This document shows, in pieces, positions 17,365 through 26,268 of a DNA stretch of 64,000 bases. The first letter of the stretch is position 1; every line of letters begins with the position of its first letter. Under the pieces are notes generated by a model that was not told the DNA's origin, searched no databases, and worked only from the letters and a program-made list of their open reading frames with translations. Both the position numbers and the translations under genes were made by a program. The stretch is taken from the IMG/VR virus record IMGVR_UViG_3300031951_000028. One strand, written 5' to 3'. Origin of the DNA: a virus.

Positions 17365-19267
17365 TATGTCTCCCTCTTCTTATAATGTTGTTGATGAGTG
17401 CCAAATGAAGTATTTCATTGGTAATATTTTAAGAATTAGAGAGCCTGAAAAAATTGCTGCTGAAAAAGGCACCTTCATCCATGAGTATTTAGAAATACTA
17501 GCGCTGTATAAGAAAGCTCATCAAGAAGGTTTACAGACAGTTAGTAACGGCTATCATGAAGTAGAAGTTGTCCCACCAGATGAAATCGATACTCAAGCTT
17601 TGTTTGATATGTTAAAAGCAAACTTTAAGTATAAAAATACTTTTTCTGATAAAGATTATAAAGAATGCAGGGCTTCAATAGATACTGTTTTAGCTTCTTC
17701 AGAAGACCCTAGAAAATTAGAAATAGTAGAAACAGAGCATAAATTCTCTCTAGAAATAGATGAGCCTTGGGCTAACTATTATCATGAAACAGATAAGGGT
17801 ATAGAAAAAGGTAAATATAAAATTAATGGTATCATTGACTTAATTACTAAAGTTGATGATGATACATATAAATTTATAGACTGGAAGCACTTACCTATAA
17901 ATACCAAGATTCCAACTATAGATGGTTGGACTACTATGGGAAAAGTAAAAGTTGGCGACACTTTATTTGATAAAGACGGCAATCCAACAAAAGTCTTAGG
18001 TAAATCAAAAACAAAAGTAAAACCATGTCTAAAGATTAAGTTCGATGATAAAACTGAAGTAATATGTTCTGAAGAACATTTATGGACTCTTGCTGATGGT
18101 TCTGTAAAAATGGCTTGCGAATTAAATTATAGAGATGAGATTCCAGTAGCTAAACCTTTACAGTTAAAAGATATAGAATTGCCTATAGACCCATATTTAC
18201 TTGGTGCTTGGCTTGGAGATGGTAGAAACAGGTCTTGCGAACTCACCAGCGGGGATTTGCAAGTTTTTACTAAATTAAGACATAAAGAATTTAAATTAGG
18301 TAAAAATTTAGAAAAAAGAACTGATACTTATGAAACTAGAACCGTTTTAAATCAGACAGATAAGTTTAGAAAACTTGGGCTGCTAAATAATAAACACATT
18401 CCTAAAATTTATTTTCGCGCATCTGTTAAGCAAAGACTTGAGTTGCTTCAAGGTTTGATGGATACAGATGGTAATATAAATAGAGGTAGAAAACAAGCTG
18501 TTTTTACTAACTGTAGGAAAAGACTTTCTAGTGATGTAAAGGCATTATTATTAACTTTGGGCCAGCGCCCTAATATGTCTAAAATTCATAGAGATACTAT
18601 CTTTAAAAAAGATATAACTGTATATCCTATAGCTTTTAGACCAATAGGTATTAATCCTTTTTCTCTTAAAAGGAAAAGTCCTGACCCTTCTTGGGGTTCT
18701 GGCAATTCTTCTGTGCGTAGAATAGTATCTATTACTAAACTTCGTAAGAATAGAGAAGTCTGTTGTATTTTAGTTGATAGTCCAAGTAATACATTCTTAT
18801 GCACTAAGAATATGATACCTACACACAATTCTGGCAGTAGAAAAGATTGGATTACTGGCGAGATTAAAGATTATGATAAATTATATAATGATATTCAGTT
18901 AAATATTTATCATTATTGTTTGCGTAGATTATATCCACAGACAAAGAATTTTATTGTTACAATTTTCTATACTAAAGATGGTGGGCCGTTTGATTTAGTT
19001 TTTGAAGAGAAAAATGCTCAAGAAACTTTAGAGCGTTTGAAAAAGCAATTTAGAAAAATATCAGAAATAGAAATTCCAAAATTAAGTAGGACTTGGAAAT
19101 GTAAAAATTTCTGTTATTATAGCAAACTCAAGTTAGATAATGCTCCAAACGAGTTTAGAAAAAATCAATTAGATGAAATGGGCGCCCCTATGTGCGCGTG
19201 CAGTCATTTACATGAATTAGTTAAGTTAAATGGTACTTCACAAATTATAAAGGATTTTAAAAAGTAA
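17351..19267 (+). CDS. PD-(D/E)xK (RecB/Cas4-like) exonuclease precursor containing an intein
   Basis: SPSS...C, GTFIHE, GIIDL...IDWK^S, QLNIY, C-terminal CKNFC. Confidence 0.85.
   Translation: MYITSMSPSSYNVVDECQMKYFIGNILRIREPEKIAAEKGTFIHEYLEILALYKKAHQEGLQTVSNGYHEVEVVPPDEIDTQALFDMLKANFKYKNTFSDKDYKECRASIDTVLASSEDPRKLEIVETEHKFSLEIDEPWANYYHETDKGIEKGKYKINGIIDLITKVDDDTYKFIDWKHLPINTKIPTIDGWTTMGKVKVGDTLFDKDGNPTKVLGKSKTKVKPCLKIKFDDKTEVICSEEHLWTLADGSVKMACELNYRDEIPVAKPLQLKDIELPIDPYLLGAWLGDGRNRSCELTSGDLQVFTKLRHKEFKLGKNLEKRTDTYETRTVLNQTDKFRKLGLLNNKHIPKIYFRASVKQRLELLQGLMDTDGNINRGRKQAVFTNCRKRLSSDVKALLLTLGQRPNMSKIHRDTIFKKDITVYPIAFRPIGINPFSLKRKSPDPSWGSGNSSVRRIVSITKLRKNREVCCILVDSPSNTFLCTKNMIPTHNSGSRKDWITGEIKDYDKLYNDIQLNIYHYCLRRLYPQTKNFIVTIFYTKDGGPFDLVFEEKNAQETLERLKKQFRKISEIEIPKLSRTWKCKNFCYYSKLKLDNAPNEFRKNQLDEMGAPMCACSHLHELVKLNGTSQIIKDFKK
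17888..18829 (+). mobile_element. Class 3 intein with LAGLIDADG homing endonuclease (314 aa)
   Basis: Block A HLPINTKIPT..GW..M..VKVGD; block B SEEHLW; YLLGAWLGDG and LLQGLMDTDG; block F VCCILVD; block G PTHN with +1 Ser. Confidence 0.92.
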
Positions 19268-19545
19268 TGGTTAGAATAACAATATTAGGAGTAGTTAGTT
19301 CTGTAAATTTAAGAACGGTTGGAGCAAAGCAGTTAAAATTACTTGAGGGGGTAGTATCTTCGCAAGATAAGACTATGATTGAATTTGCATTTCAAACATG
19401 GGGTAAACAAGCGGAAGCGATTTTTGAAAATATCAAAGACGGCGACCAAGTATTAATAGATGGTAAAATTGCTATCGATACTTTTGGTAAGGACAACAAG
19501 ATGTATATAGATGTTTCAGATTTAAGAAAGTGTACGTACAAATAA
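19267..19545 (+). CDS. Small OB-fold, SSB-like protein
   Basis: ITILG..., WGKQAE, GDQVLIDGKI pattern of bacterial SSB/PriB. Confidence 0.6.
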   Translation: MVRITILGVVSSVNLRTVGAKQLKLLEGVVSSQDKTMIEFAFQTWGKQAEAIFENIKDGDQVLIDGKIAIDTFGKDNKMYIDVSDLRKCTYK

Positions 19546-20213
19546 TGTTTAACACAATTAGTTATTACTATGGTTATTTAAAGTCTGTATTAGGTTTTAA
19601 TAAGATTAATCCAGATAATGTAAAAGTATTTTTAGATGAGTCTCCTGATGATGAGCCGCCAACTTCTGAAAAAATGAATTATAGTGAATATGAGGTTATG
19701 ACAAATACTCAGCCTTATGCTGAAGATTTAGGAGTAGAGGCGCCTAATGAAACTTTTATGGCGGCCAAGAATTATACTTATATGTATTATTCTTACAAAA
19801 ACTATAACAGTAGTTTTGCTGTGAGAGGTTTCTCAAGAGATAAGACAAATCTAATGATACAAAATGCATTAAATGAAATGTCTAAAGTTAGTGGTTTAAA
19901 GATTGTGCCTTGGAAAAAAGGTAAGCCAGTGCATTTTAGTATTCAATTTTCATCTAAAGTATCGCAAAATGCTTTAGCTGTTATGGATAAAAATAATATG
20001 ATTATTTCAACGGTGAGACCAATGACAGAAGCAGTTGTAAAAACTGTAATTCAACATGAGACTTTACATTATTTAAAGTATAAAGCTAATCCTCCAGCAG
20101 ATAAGTGGTATCATTCGCAGGATAAAAAGTGTGTTTATAATATTAATGGCAATGCGCTTTCGTTATGTGCAGCAGAGCAGAATTGGTTGAGGAGTAAATA
20201 TGGACAAGCGTAA
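19545..20213 (+). CDS. Zinc metallopeptidase (zincin/matrixin-like)
   Basis: VIQHETLHYL (HExxH) with a downstream His; C-terminal L...YG typical of matrixins. Confidence 0.6.
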   Translation: MFNTISYYYGYLKSVLGFNKINPDNVKVFLDESPDDEPPTSEKMNYSEYEVMTNTQPYAEDLGVEAPNETFMAAKNYTYMYYSYKNYNSSFAVRGFSRDKTNLMIQNALNEMSKVSGLKIVPWKKGKPVHFSIQFSSKVSQNALAVMDKNNMIISTVRPMTEAVVKTVIQHETLHYLKYKANPPADKWYHSQDKKCVYNINGNALSLCAAEQNWLRSKYGQA

Positions 20214-20445
20214 GAAAATGAGTATGGTAACAAGAAAAGAAGAATTTTGGACAAGAAAAGATAAGCAAAAAGTAACTGTAGAAAGCATGAATGAATATCA
20301 TGCAAAGAACGCTCTCAGAAAAATGCTGCGCGAAAATCGAACGCTGCGGTCTAAACTAAAGCAAACACAAAAGAATAATAAAGAAATAATTTCTTTTATC
20401 AGAGATATTGGAAAAGAATTTACTAGGATTATAAATAATGGATAA
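20200..20445 (+). CDS. Hypothetical basic protein
   Basis: GAGGAG RBS. Confidence 0.65.
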   Translation: MDKRKKMSMVTRKEEFWTRKDKQKVTVESMNEYHAKNALRKMLRENRTLRSKLKQTQKNNKEIISFIRDIGKEFTRIINNG

Positions 20446-20728
20446 TAATTTTATGATGCAAGTGCATTATTCTGTTGGTACAGGCGCAGGCCAAATAATA
20501 GATGAAAACGATATAGAAAAACCTATTGTAATGATGTATTTTGCAAAAAATAAAGAAATTCTAGAGCAGATTGAAAATGAAACAGCTGAATACGATCCAA
20601 CAGACACTAATAATTGGCTTGGTATAGCGCTAACTATTGATGGCGCTAGACATTTGATAGAAGATTTGCAAGAAATGATAGATGAGGCTATACAAGGTCC
20701 TCCTTTAGATAACGAAAATGAATATTAA
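20438..20728 (+). CDS. Hypothetical protein
   Basis: Packed ORF. Confidence 0.65.
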   Translation: MDNNFMMQVHYSVGTGAGQIIDENDIEKPIVMMYFAKNKEILEQIENETAEYDPTDTNNWLGIALTIDGARHLIEDLQEMIDEAIQGPPLDNENEY

Positions 20729-21098
20729 AAATTTAATTGGCGAAACTCTTGAGTATATTGATATAGACGAAGATAATAATCAAATTTTACTAACTACTAA
20801 AAGTGGTAAAAGAATTATGATTTATCATGGTCAAGATTGTTGTGAAAACGTTCGTATTGTTGATACAATCGGTAATTGGAATAATCTTATAGGTAAAGTA
20901 ATCATTGATACTGATGAAGAAATTATTAGCTCTTCTGATAAAGATGGTTATGATTATAGAACTGAAATTAATTTAACTTTTAAAGTAGATAGTGATACAG
21001 TTATTAGTAAATGGATAGGTGAGTCAAATGGCTACTACAGTGAAAACGTAGATATACAAGAGTTTTCAGTTTATGAATTATTAAAATATTTTGGATAA
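20718..21098 (+). CDS. Conserved phage hypothetical protein (YHxQDCCE...WxGESNGYYSE)
   Basis: Motif pair familiar from many phage hypotheticals; function unknown. Confidence 0.7.
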   Translation: MNIKNLIGETLEYIDIDEDNNQILLTTKSGKRIMIYHGQDCCENVRIVDTIGNWNNLIGKVIIDTDEEIISSSDKDGYDYRTEINLTFKVDSDTVISKWIGESNGYYSENVDIQEFSVYELLKYFG

Positions 21099-21105
21099 GG
21101 GAAAA

Positions 21106-21396
21106 ATGGTTAATTATTTTGTAGGACTGCTTATTTATATAAGCCAAGGTTTTTTAGTTATATTGACTGGTGAGCCAGATATTATGTTCTGCGCCATGGC
21201 TTGGCAAAAAAGAAATGAAAGTAAATTTTGGTCTACATCAAGATATATTGTAGACAATTATGTGTGGCCATTAAGTGTTTGGCGTTATGAAGGTATGACG
21301 CATTGTGAAAGTTGTTTTTGGGCTGAGCAAAAAAGATTAACTGAGCGTATTGAAGAATATGCAAAGTATATAGCAGAAGGTAAACATAAGGACTAA
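21106..21396 (+). CDS. Hypothetical protein, hydrophobic N-terminus
   Basis: Packed ORF. Confidence 0.6.
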   Translation: MVNYFVGLLIYISQGFLVILTGEPDIMFCAMAWQKRNESKFWSTSRYIVDNYVWPLSVWRYEGMTHCESCFWAEQKRLTERIEEYAKYIAEGKHKD

Positions 21397-21399
21397 AAC

Positions 21400-21591
21400 A
21401 TGAGAAAGTTAAAGAATTATATAGTTAATTTTACTTATTCAGATGGCCAAGTAAAAGAGGTCGCTATTAGCGCAATGAATAAGCAGACAGCAGAAAAAAA
21501 ACTGCGCAAGCTGCATAGTGTAGCTGCTGTTAATAATATTGTAGAATCTACAGAAGAAAAAATAAATAATAATGTTCCTTTTGATATATAA
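21400..21591 (+). CDS. Hypothetical protein
   Basis: AAGGA RBS. Confidence 0.6.
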   Translation: MRKLKNYIVNFTYSDGQVKEVAISAMNKQTAEKKLRKLHSVAAVNNIVESTEEKINNNVPFDI

Positions 21592-21606
21592 TATAAAGGC
21601 TTCAAA

Positions 21607-22284
21607 TTGAAAAATTCAGTTGAATTATTAGGCTATTATGGTTCAGATGAAGTAATAGCTTGTAGCGCTTGGACTTCTACTAATCGTGAATTGACAGATG
21701 AAAAACGTGAGCGCATACCAAAGTTAATAAAAATGCTTTGGGAAAATGGCCATGAAACTCCTTTTGAAAAAGGCTCGGTCCATTTTCTAGTAAATTGTGA
21801 TATAGCATCACATATTCATCTATTAAAACATAGAATTAGTAGCCTAAACGCTGAGTCTGCCCGATACAAAGAGTTAAAAGAAGATAAGTATTACTTGCCG
21901 GAAGATTGGAATAATATTAAAATATCACATTTAGATCTTGGCTCTCCATCAGACAGTTGGATAGATAGGTTAAAAGAATATACCGAAGAAGGAAATAGAT
22001 TATATCATAAATGTCTTGAAGACCTAACGCCAGTTCTTGGTCGCAAGCGAGCAAAAGAATCGGCCCGTTTCTTCAAAACATACAACAGTCAGATTCAGGC
22101 CGATATAATGTTTAACATGCGCAGCTTTGCGAATTTCTTAAAATTAAGAAGATGCGAACACGCTCAGTTAGAGATTAAAATGATAGCCGATGAAATGTAT
22201 AATATGGTTAAAAATATTGAAGGGCAGCCTTTTAAACATACTTTAGATGTTTGGGCTCAGACTGGGGTTATTAAAAACATATAA
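21607..22284 (+). CDS. thyX: FAD-dependent thymidylate synthase
   Basis: GHETPFE, LLKHR.SS.NAESARY, KESARF, NMRS..NFLKLR...HAQ.EI. Confidence 0.92.
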   Translation: MKNSVELLGYYGSDEVIACSAWTSTNRELTDEKRERIPKLIKMLWENGHETPFEKGSVHFLVNCDIASHIHLLKHRISSLNAESARYKELKEDKYYLPEDWNNIKISHLDLGSPSDSWIDRLKEYTEEGNRLYHKCLEDLTPVLGRKRAKESARFFKTYNSQIQADIMFNMRSFANFLKLRRCEHAQLEIKMIADEMYNMVKNIEGQPFKHTLDVWAQTGVIKNI

Positions 22285-22286
22285 TA

Positions 22287-23891
22287 ATGAAATATATACC
22301 TTTAAATTGTAAAACACATTATTCTGTAAGACAAGCGATGTCTAAACCCACAGATATCAAAACTAGATTAAATAAAATAGGTCTAGATTTGTGCGGTATT
22401 GCTGATTATAGTATTGTTAGCGGGGCGGTTAAATTTAAGGATTCAATCCCTAATGGTATTATAGGTACGGAAATTTGTGATTTAGCTGGAAATAAGACTT
22501 TAATATATGCTAAAAACTATGATGGTTGGAAGCAGTTGTTAAAAATTACTTCTGTAGCTAACAGTAAAAGCGATACTTGTCTTGACAGATATTTATTAGA
22601 TGCGCTGATTACAAATGATTTACTAGTTATATATCTTTATGAGGAAAATAATCCTAAGCATAATTCTTATTATGGTGTTGATTTAAACGCTGATAATTAT
22701 GTTGAAATTAGAAGAATGGCTGCGGCAAAAAATAAAAAAACTGTCGCAGTTCATTCTTCTTTTTTCTCTTCTCCTGAAGATATAGAAGATTTTACAATAT
22801 TATTATCTATCGCTCATAATATCTCTTCTGAGTTAGTAAGATCTGAATTTGCTGAAATCTATAATAAAAAGTATCATATCTTGTCTTATGAAGAAGCGTT
22901 AGAATATGGATACTTGGAACAGGAGTTGCAAAATACTCTAGAACTTGAGTTTGAAGAATATAAACTTAACCGCAATCCTATGCTCCCAAAATTTACTGAT
23001 AAAGGCGATTCAAGCGCTTTATTAAAACAAATTTGTGAAGAGAATTTAGTTGGAAAAGATGAAAGATACAAAAAACAACTAGATTATGAATTAGATGTTA
23101 TAAATCAATACGGTTTAGCAGACTATTTCCTTATAGTTCAAGATGTTATTAAGTACACTAATACTAAACATGGTATGTGTGGCATTAGAGGTTCTGGTGC
23201 TGGTTCAGTCATTTCATTTTTGTCTGGTATTACAGAAGTAGACCCAATTAAATATGGGTTATATTTTGAAAGATTTATTAATCCAGGTAGAATGTCTACT
23301 ACCCATATTCAGCTTCCAGATATTGATATAGATGTCCCGGCTGAAGGGAGAGAGGACGTGATCGAATATATTAAAGAAAAATATGGTAGAGATCGCGTAG
23401 GTCAAATTTTGACATACCAAAGAATTAAAACTCACGCCGCGTTAAAGGCGGTGTTCAGGTCTAATAATAAATTAAGTTTTGATGAAGTCAATCAAATAAC
23501 CAAGTTAATCCCAGACGAAGCTAAAGTAGCTGATAAATTAAAAGAGCATAACTATTCTTCACTTCTTTTGTATGCAATAGAAAATTCTCCTGAAGAATTC
23601 AGACAATGGGTTTATATTAATGATAGAGATGAAATTGATGGAGAATTTAAAAATGAGTTTAATCAAGCCCTTAGACTTGAAGGATTAAATTCTGCAAGAT
23701 CAAAACATGCTGCCGGTGTAATTATAGGACAGGTGCCATTAGATGAAGTTTGCCCAATGATTTGGGACAACTCAAGCAAATCTTTGATTTGCGGTATGGA
23801 AATGGGCGACCTTGAATCTTTAGGATGTATGAAATTAGACATTTTAGGTTTAAGACTGTTCGATAAATTAATTGAAATCTTTGGAGAATAA
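22287..23891 (+). CDS. dnaE: DNA polymerase III alpha, N-terminal half (PHP + palm/thumb)
   Basis: THYS, YFLIV.D, RGSGAGS, FERF.NP.R, PDIDID, HAAGVII, KLDILGL. Confidence 0.92.
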   Translation: MKYIPLNCKTHYSVRQAMSKPTDIKTRLNKIGLDLCGIADYSIVSGAVKFKDSIPNGIIGTEICDLAGNKTLIYAKNYDGWKQLLKITSVANSKSDTCLDRYLLDALITNDLLVIYLYEENNPKHNSYYGVDLNADNYVEIRRMAAAKNKKTVAVHSSFFSSPEDIEDFTILLSIAHNISSELVRSEFAEIYNKKYHILSYEEALEYGYLEQELQNTLELEFEEYKLNRNPMLPKFTDKGDSSALLKQICEENLVGKDERYKKQLDYELDVINQYGLADYFLIVQDVIKYTNTKHGMCGIRGSGAGSVISFLSGITEVDPIKYGLYFERFINPGRMSTTHIQLPDIDIDVPAEGREDVIEYIKEKYGRDRVGQILTYQRIKTHAALKAVFRSNNKLSFDEVNQITKLIPDEAKVADKLKEHNYSSLLLYAIENSPEEFRQWVYINDRDEIDGEFKNEFNQALRLEGLNSARSKHAAGVIIGQVPLDEVCPMIWDNSSKSLICGMEMGDLESLGCMKLDILGLRLFDKLIEIFGE

Positions 23892-23892
23892 T

Positions 23893-24081
23893 ATGGTCTT
23901 TAAAGAACTAGCAGTTGGTGATTTATTCACAACAAATAATAATCAAGATATAGTTTATAAAAAGATAGAGCCACAAAAAAGAAACCCAAGAGGGTGTGGT
24001 TGCGATAAGGTAAATGCTGAAAATACGGCCGATAATACAAGGTTGAAATTTTCAGATTTTATGACAGTGCAAAAGATATAG
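23893..24081 (+). CDS. Small hypothetical protein
   Basis: GGAG RBS; GCGC motif. Confidence 0.6.
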   Translation: MVFKELAVGDLFTTNNNQDIVYKKIEPQKRNPRGCGCDKVNAENTADNTRLKFSDFMTVQKI

Positions 24082-24088
24082 GATAATT

Positions 24089-24772
24089 ATGGATAGTACA
24101 ATAATAGTATTTGATTTTGAAACAACTCATTTGGACGCTGGAACCGCCGCGTGTGATGCAATAGAGTTGGCGGCTTGCGCGATTCACTCTAAAACTTTAG
24201 AAATTGTGAAAGACAGCGAATTTTTTGTAAATATTAGGCCAGATAATATAGAAGACCCAGATTATTACAAGAATCATAAGTCTACTATAGACTGGCATGT
24301 TGGTTTACAAAAAGGTAATACTGTAGATAGACTGATTGAAAAGTGGAAGGCTGGTACTCCTGAGAAACAAGCGTGGAAAATGTTCCATGATTATGTTAAC
24401 CAGTATAATCACACTAAAACTTGGCGAACAGCGCCAATCGCAGCTGGTACAAATATTTCTGATTTCGATTTAAAGATTTATGATTATTTAAATCAAAAAC
24501 ATAAGATGAAACCTTGTTTTCATAAGAGGGATAAGATAGATATTAAAGATTTATGTTTTTATTGGTTCGCGTTTAATCCAGACCCACCAAAATCTTTTAA
24601 AATGGATGATTTAAGACCTTATTTTGCTCTTGGTACAGAAAAAGCTCATAATGCATTGTTTGACGTACAACAAGAAGCAACTATTATATCTAATTTCTTA
24701 AAAGTGTTTAAGAAGTATGGTAAGCAAGTAACATTAAGAGGAATGTGCGGAAAAACTGCAAGCGCTTATTAA
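24089..24772 (+). CDS. DEDDh 3'-5' exonuclease (DnaQ-like)
   Basis: VFDFETT (ExoI), N...FD (ExoII), HNALFD (ExoIII). Confidence 0.88.
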   Translation: MDSTIIVFDFETTHLDAGTAACDAIELAACAIHSKTLEIVKDSEFFVNIRPDNIEDPDYYKNHKSTIDWHVGLQKGNTVDRLIEKWKAGTPEKQAWKMFHDYVNQYNHTKTWRTAPIAAGTNISDFDLKIYDYLNQKHKMKPCFHKRDKIDIKDLCFYWFAFNPDPPKSFKMDDLRPYFALGTEKAHNALFDVQQEATIISNFLKVFKKYGKQVTLRGMCGKTASAY

Positions 24773-24780
24773 TAAATATT

Positions 24781-26268
24781 ATGGAAATTGATTATAATTA
24801 CGGACCTGCTTGGGATTTGATATGTTCCGGCAATACTATTGGTATTTTCCAATTAGAAAGTAGTATTGGCCAACATTATAGTAAACTTATTAAGCCAAGA
24901 AGTATAGAAGAATTGGCAGACGTTATCAGTCTAATTAGACCTGGTTGTCTTCAAGCATATATGGAAGATGGTAAAAATCTTACAGAACATTATGCAATGC
25001 GCAAGCATGGTCATGAAGAAGCCTCGTATCTAATTCCTCAATTAGAATCTGTATTGAAAGATACTTATGGTATCTTAGTATATCAAGAACAAGCAATTTC
25101 TATCGGTACAAAACTGGCTGGTTTATCTCCTGGCGATGCTGATTATTATATTAGAAAAGTCATCGGTAAAAAGAAAACTGATATGATAGAGCAAACTGTC
25201 AAGTTAATTCTAGATGGTTTTAAAAAGAATGGTATTAACGAGAAGAAAGGCTTAGAGTTAGTTAATTGGATTAAAGCAGGTCAACGCTATTCGTTTAATA
25301 AGTCTCACGCAGTCGCGTTCGCATATCATTCATATAAATCAGCTTACGCAAAAGCTTTAAAGATGGAAAAGTTTTTCCAAGTTTATTTAAAGCACGCGAA
25401 GCATAAAATTAAACCGAAGATAGAAATTAGAAAGATAGTGCAAAATGCACGCGCCTCTGAAATAGATATAGGCCAGCCAGACATCAGACTTAAAAATAAA
25501 GAGTTTGATATTATTAATGGTAAAATTCATGTTGGCATAACTGATATAAAAGGTGTAGGAGATAGAATCTATACTATCATAGAGCAGTCTGAGATACCAG
25601 ACACTTGGTTTGGGTTTTTGACAAACTTGGCACCTAAATTAAAAAGCTCAGCAATTCCATTAATTCAAGCCGGATGTTGTGATTTCTATCATTTAGATAG
25701 GAAAAGAATGGAGTATGAGGTCAAGATTTTTGAGCGATTTTCGGATTTAGAAAAAAAGAAAATTAAAGATTTAAGCAAGCCAGATTTACTTTCATCTGTA
25801 TCTATGGCTGTTGATACTTTGAAATTAGCTAAAAATAGAAAAATTGTATTTGAGGCAGCTTTAAAGGATTTAGAACAACCGGCCTATACTTTAGAATATA
25901 GTTGCGAACAACTAGAAAAAATGGAAATTGACCTGATTGGCGCTCCTTTGTCTTGTACTAGATTAGATGGTAATATTAAAACAGCAGTAACAAATGTATA
26001 CTGTATTGATGTTATAAAAGGAAATATTCCTAAAAAGGCTATTTTGGCTGGTATAGTTAGGGAGCCACGATTTATCAAAACTAAAAAAGGTGATGATATG
26101 TGCTTCTTTAGTTTAGAAGATCATACAGGAACAGTATCAGATTTAGTTGCATTTAAAGAATGTGTGGAAGAATATAGATATAATATAGTTGAAGATTTAA
26201 CTGTATTAGTTGAGGGCGTTAAATCAAATAAAGGAACTCTAATTATAAACAGAGTAATAGAAATATAA
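24781..26268 (+). CDS. dnaE: DNA polymerase III alpha, C-terminal half (fingers, HhH, OB)
   Basis: GIFQLES, IRPG, TYGILVYQEQ, YSFNKSHA, IKGVG, TKKGDDMCF..LED. Confidence 0.92.
   Translation: MEIDYNYGPAWDLICSGNTIGIFQLESSIGQHYSKLIKPRSIEELADVISLIRPGCLQAYMEDGKNLTEHYAMRKHGHEEASYLIPQLESVLKDTYGILVYQEQAISIGTKLAGLSPGDADYYIRKVIGKKKTDMIEQTVKLILDGFKKNGINEKKGLELVNWIKAGQRYSFNKSHAVAFAYHSYKSAYAKALKMEKFFQVYLKHAKHKIKPKIEIRKIVQNARASEIDIGQPDIRLKNKEFDIINGKIHVGITDIKGVGDRIYTIIEQSEIPDTWFGFLTNLAPKLKSSAIPLIQAGCCDFYHLDRKRMEYEVKIFERFSDLEKKKIKDLSKPDLLSSVSMAVDTLKLAKNRKIVFEAALKDLEQPAYTLEYSCEQLEKMEIDLIGAPLSCTRLDGNIKTAVTNVYCIDVIKGNIPKKAILAGIVREPRFIKTKKGDDMCFFSLEDHTGTVSDLVAFKECVEEYRYNIVEDLTVLVEGVKSNKGTLIINRVIEI

Noticed and set aside
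17351-19267. Cas4 of a CRISPR system
   Set aside because: No other cas genes or array; the replication context fits a phage exonuclease.
23800-24800. Split intein or group I intron joining the DnaE halves
   Set aside because: No Hint blocks at either end, and the gap is filled by two ordinary coupled ORFs with no room for ribozyme structure.
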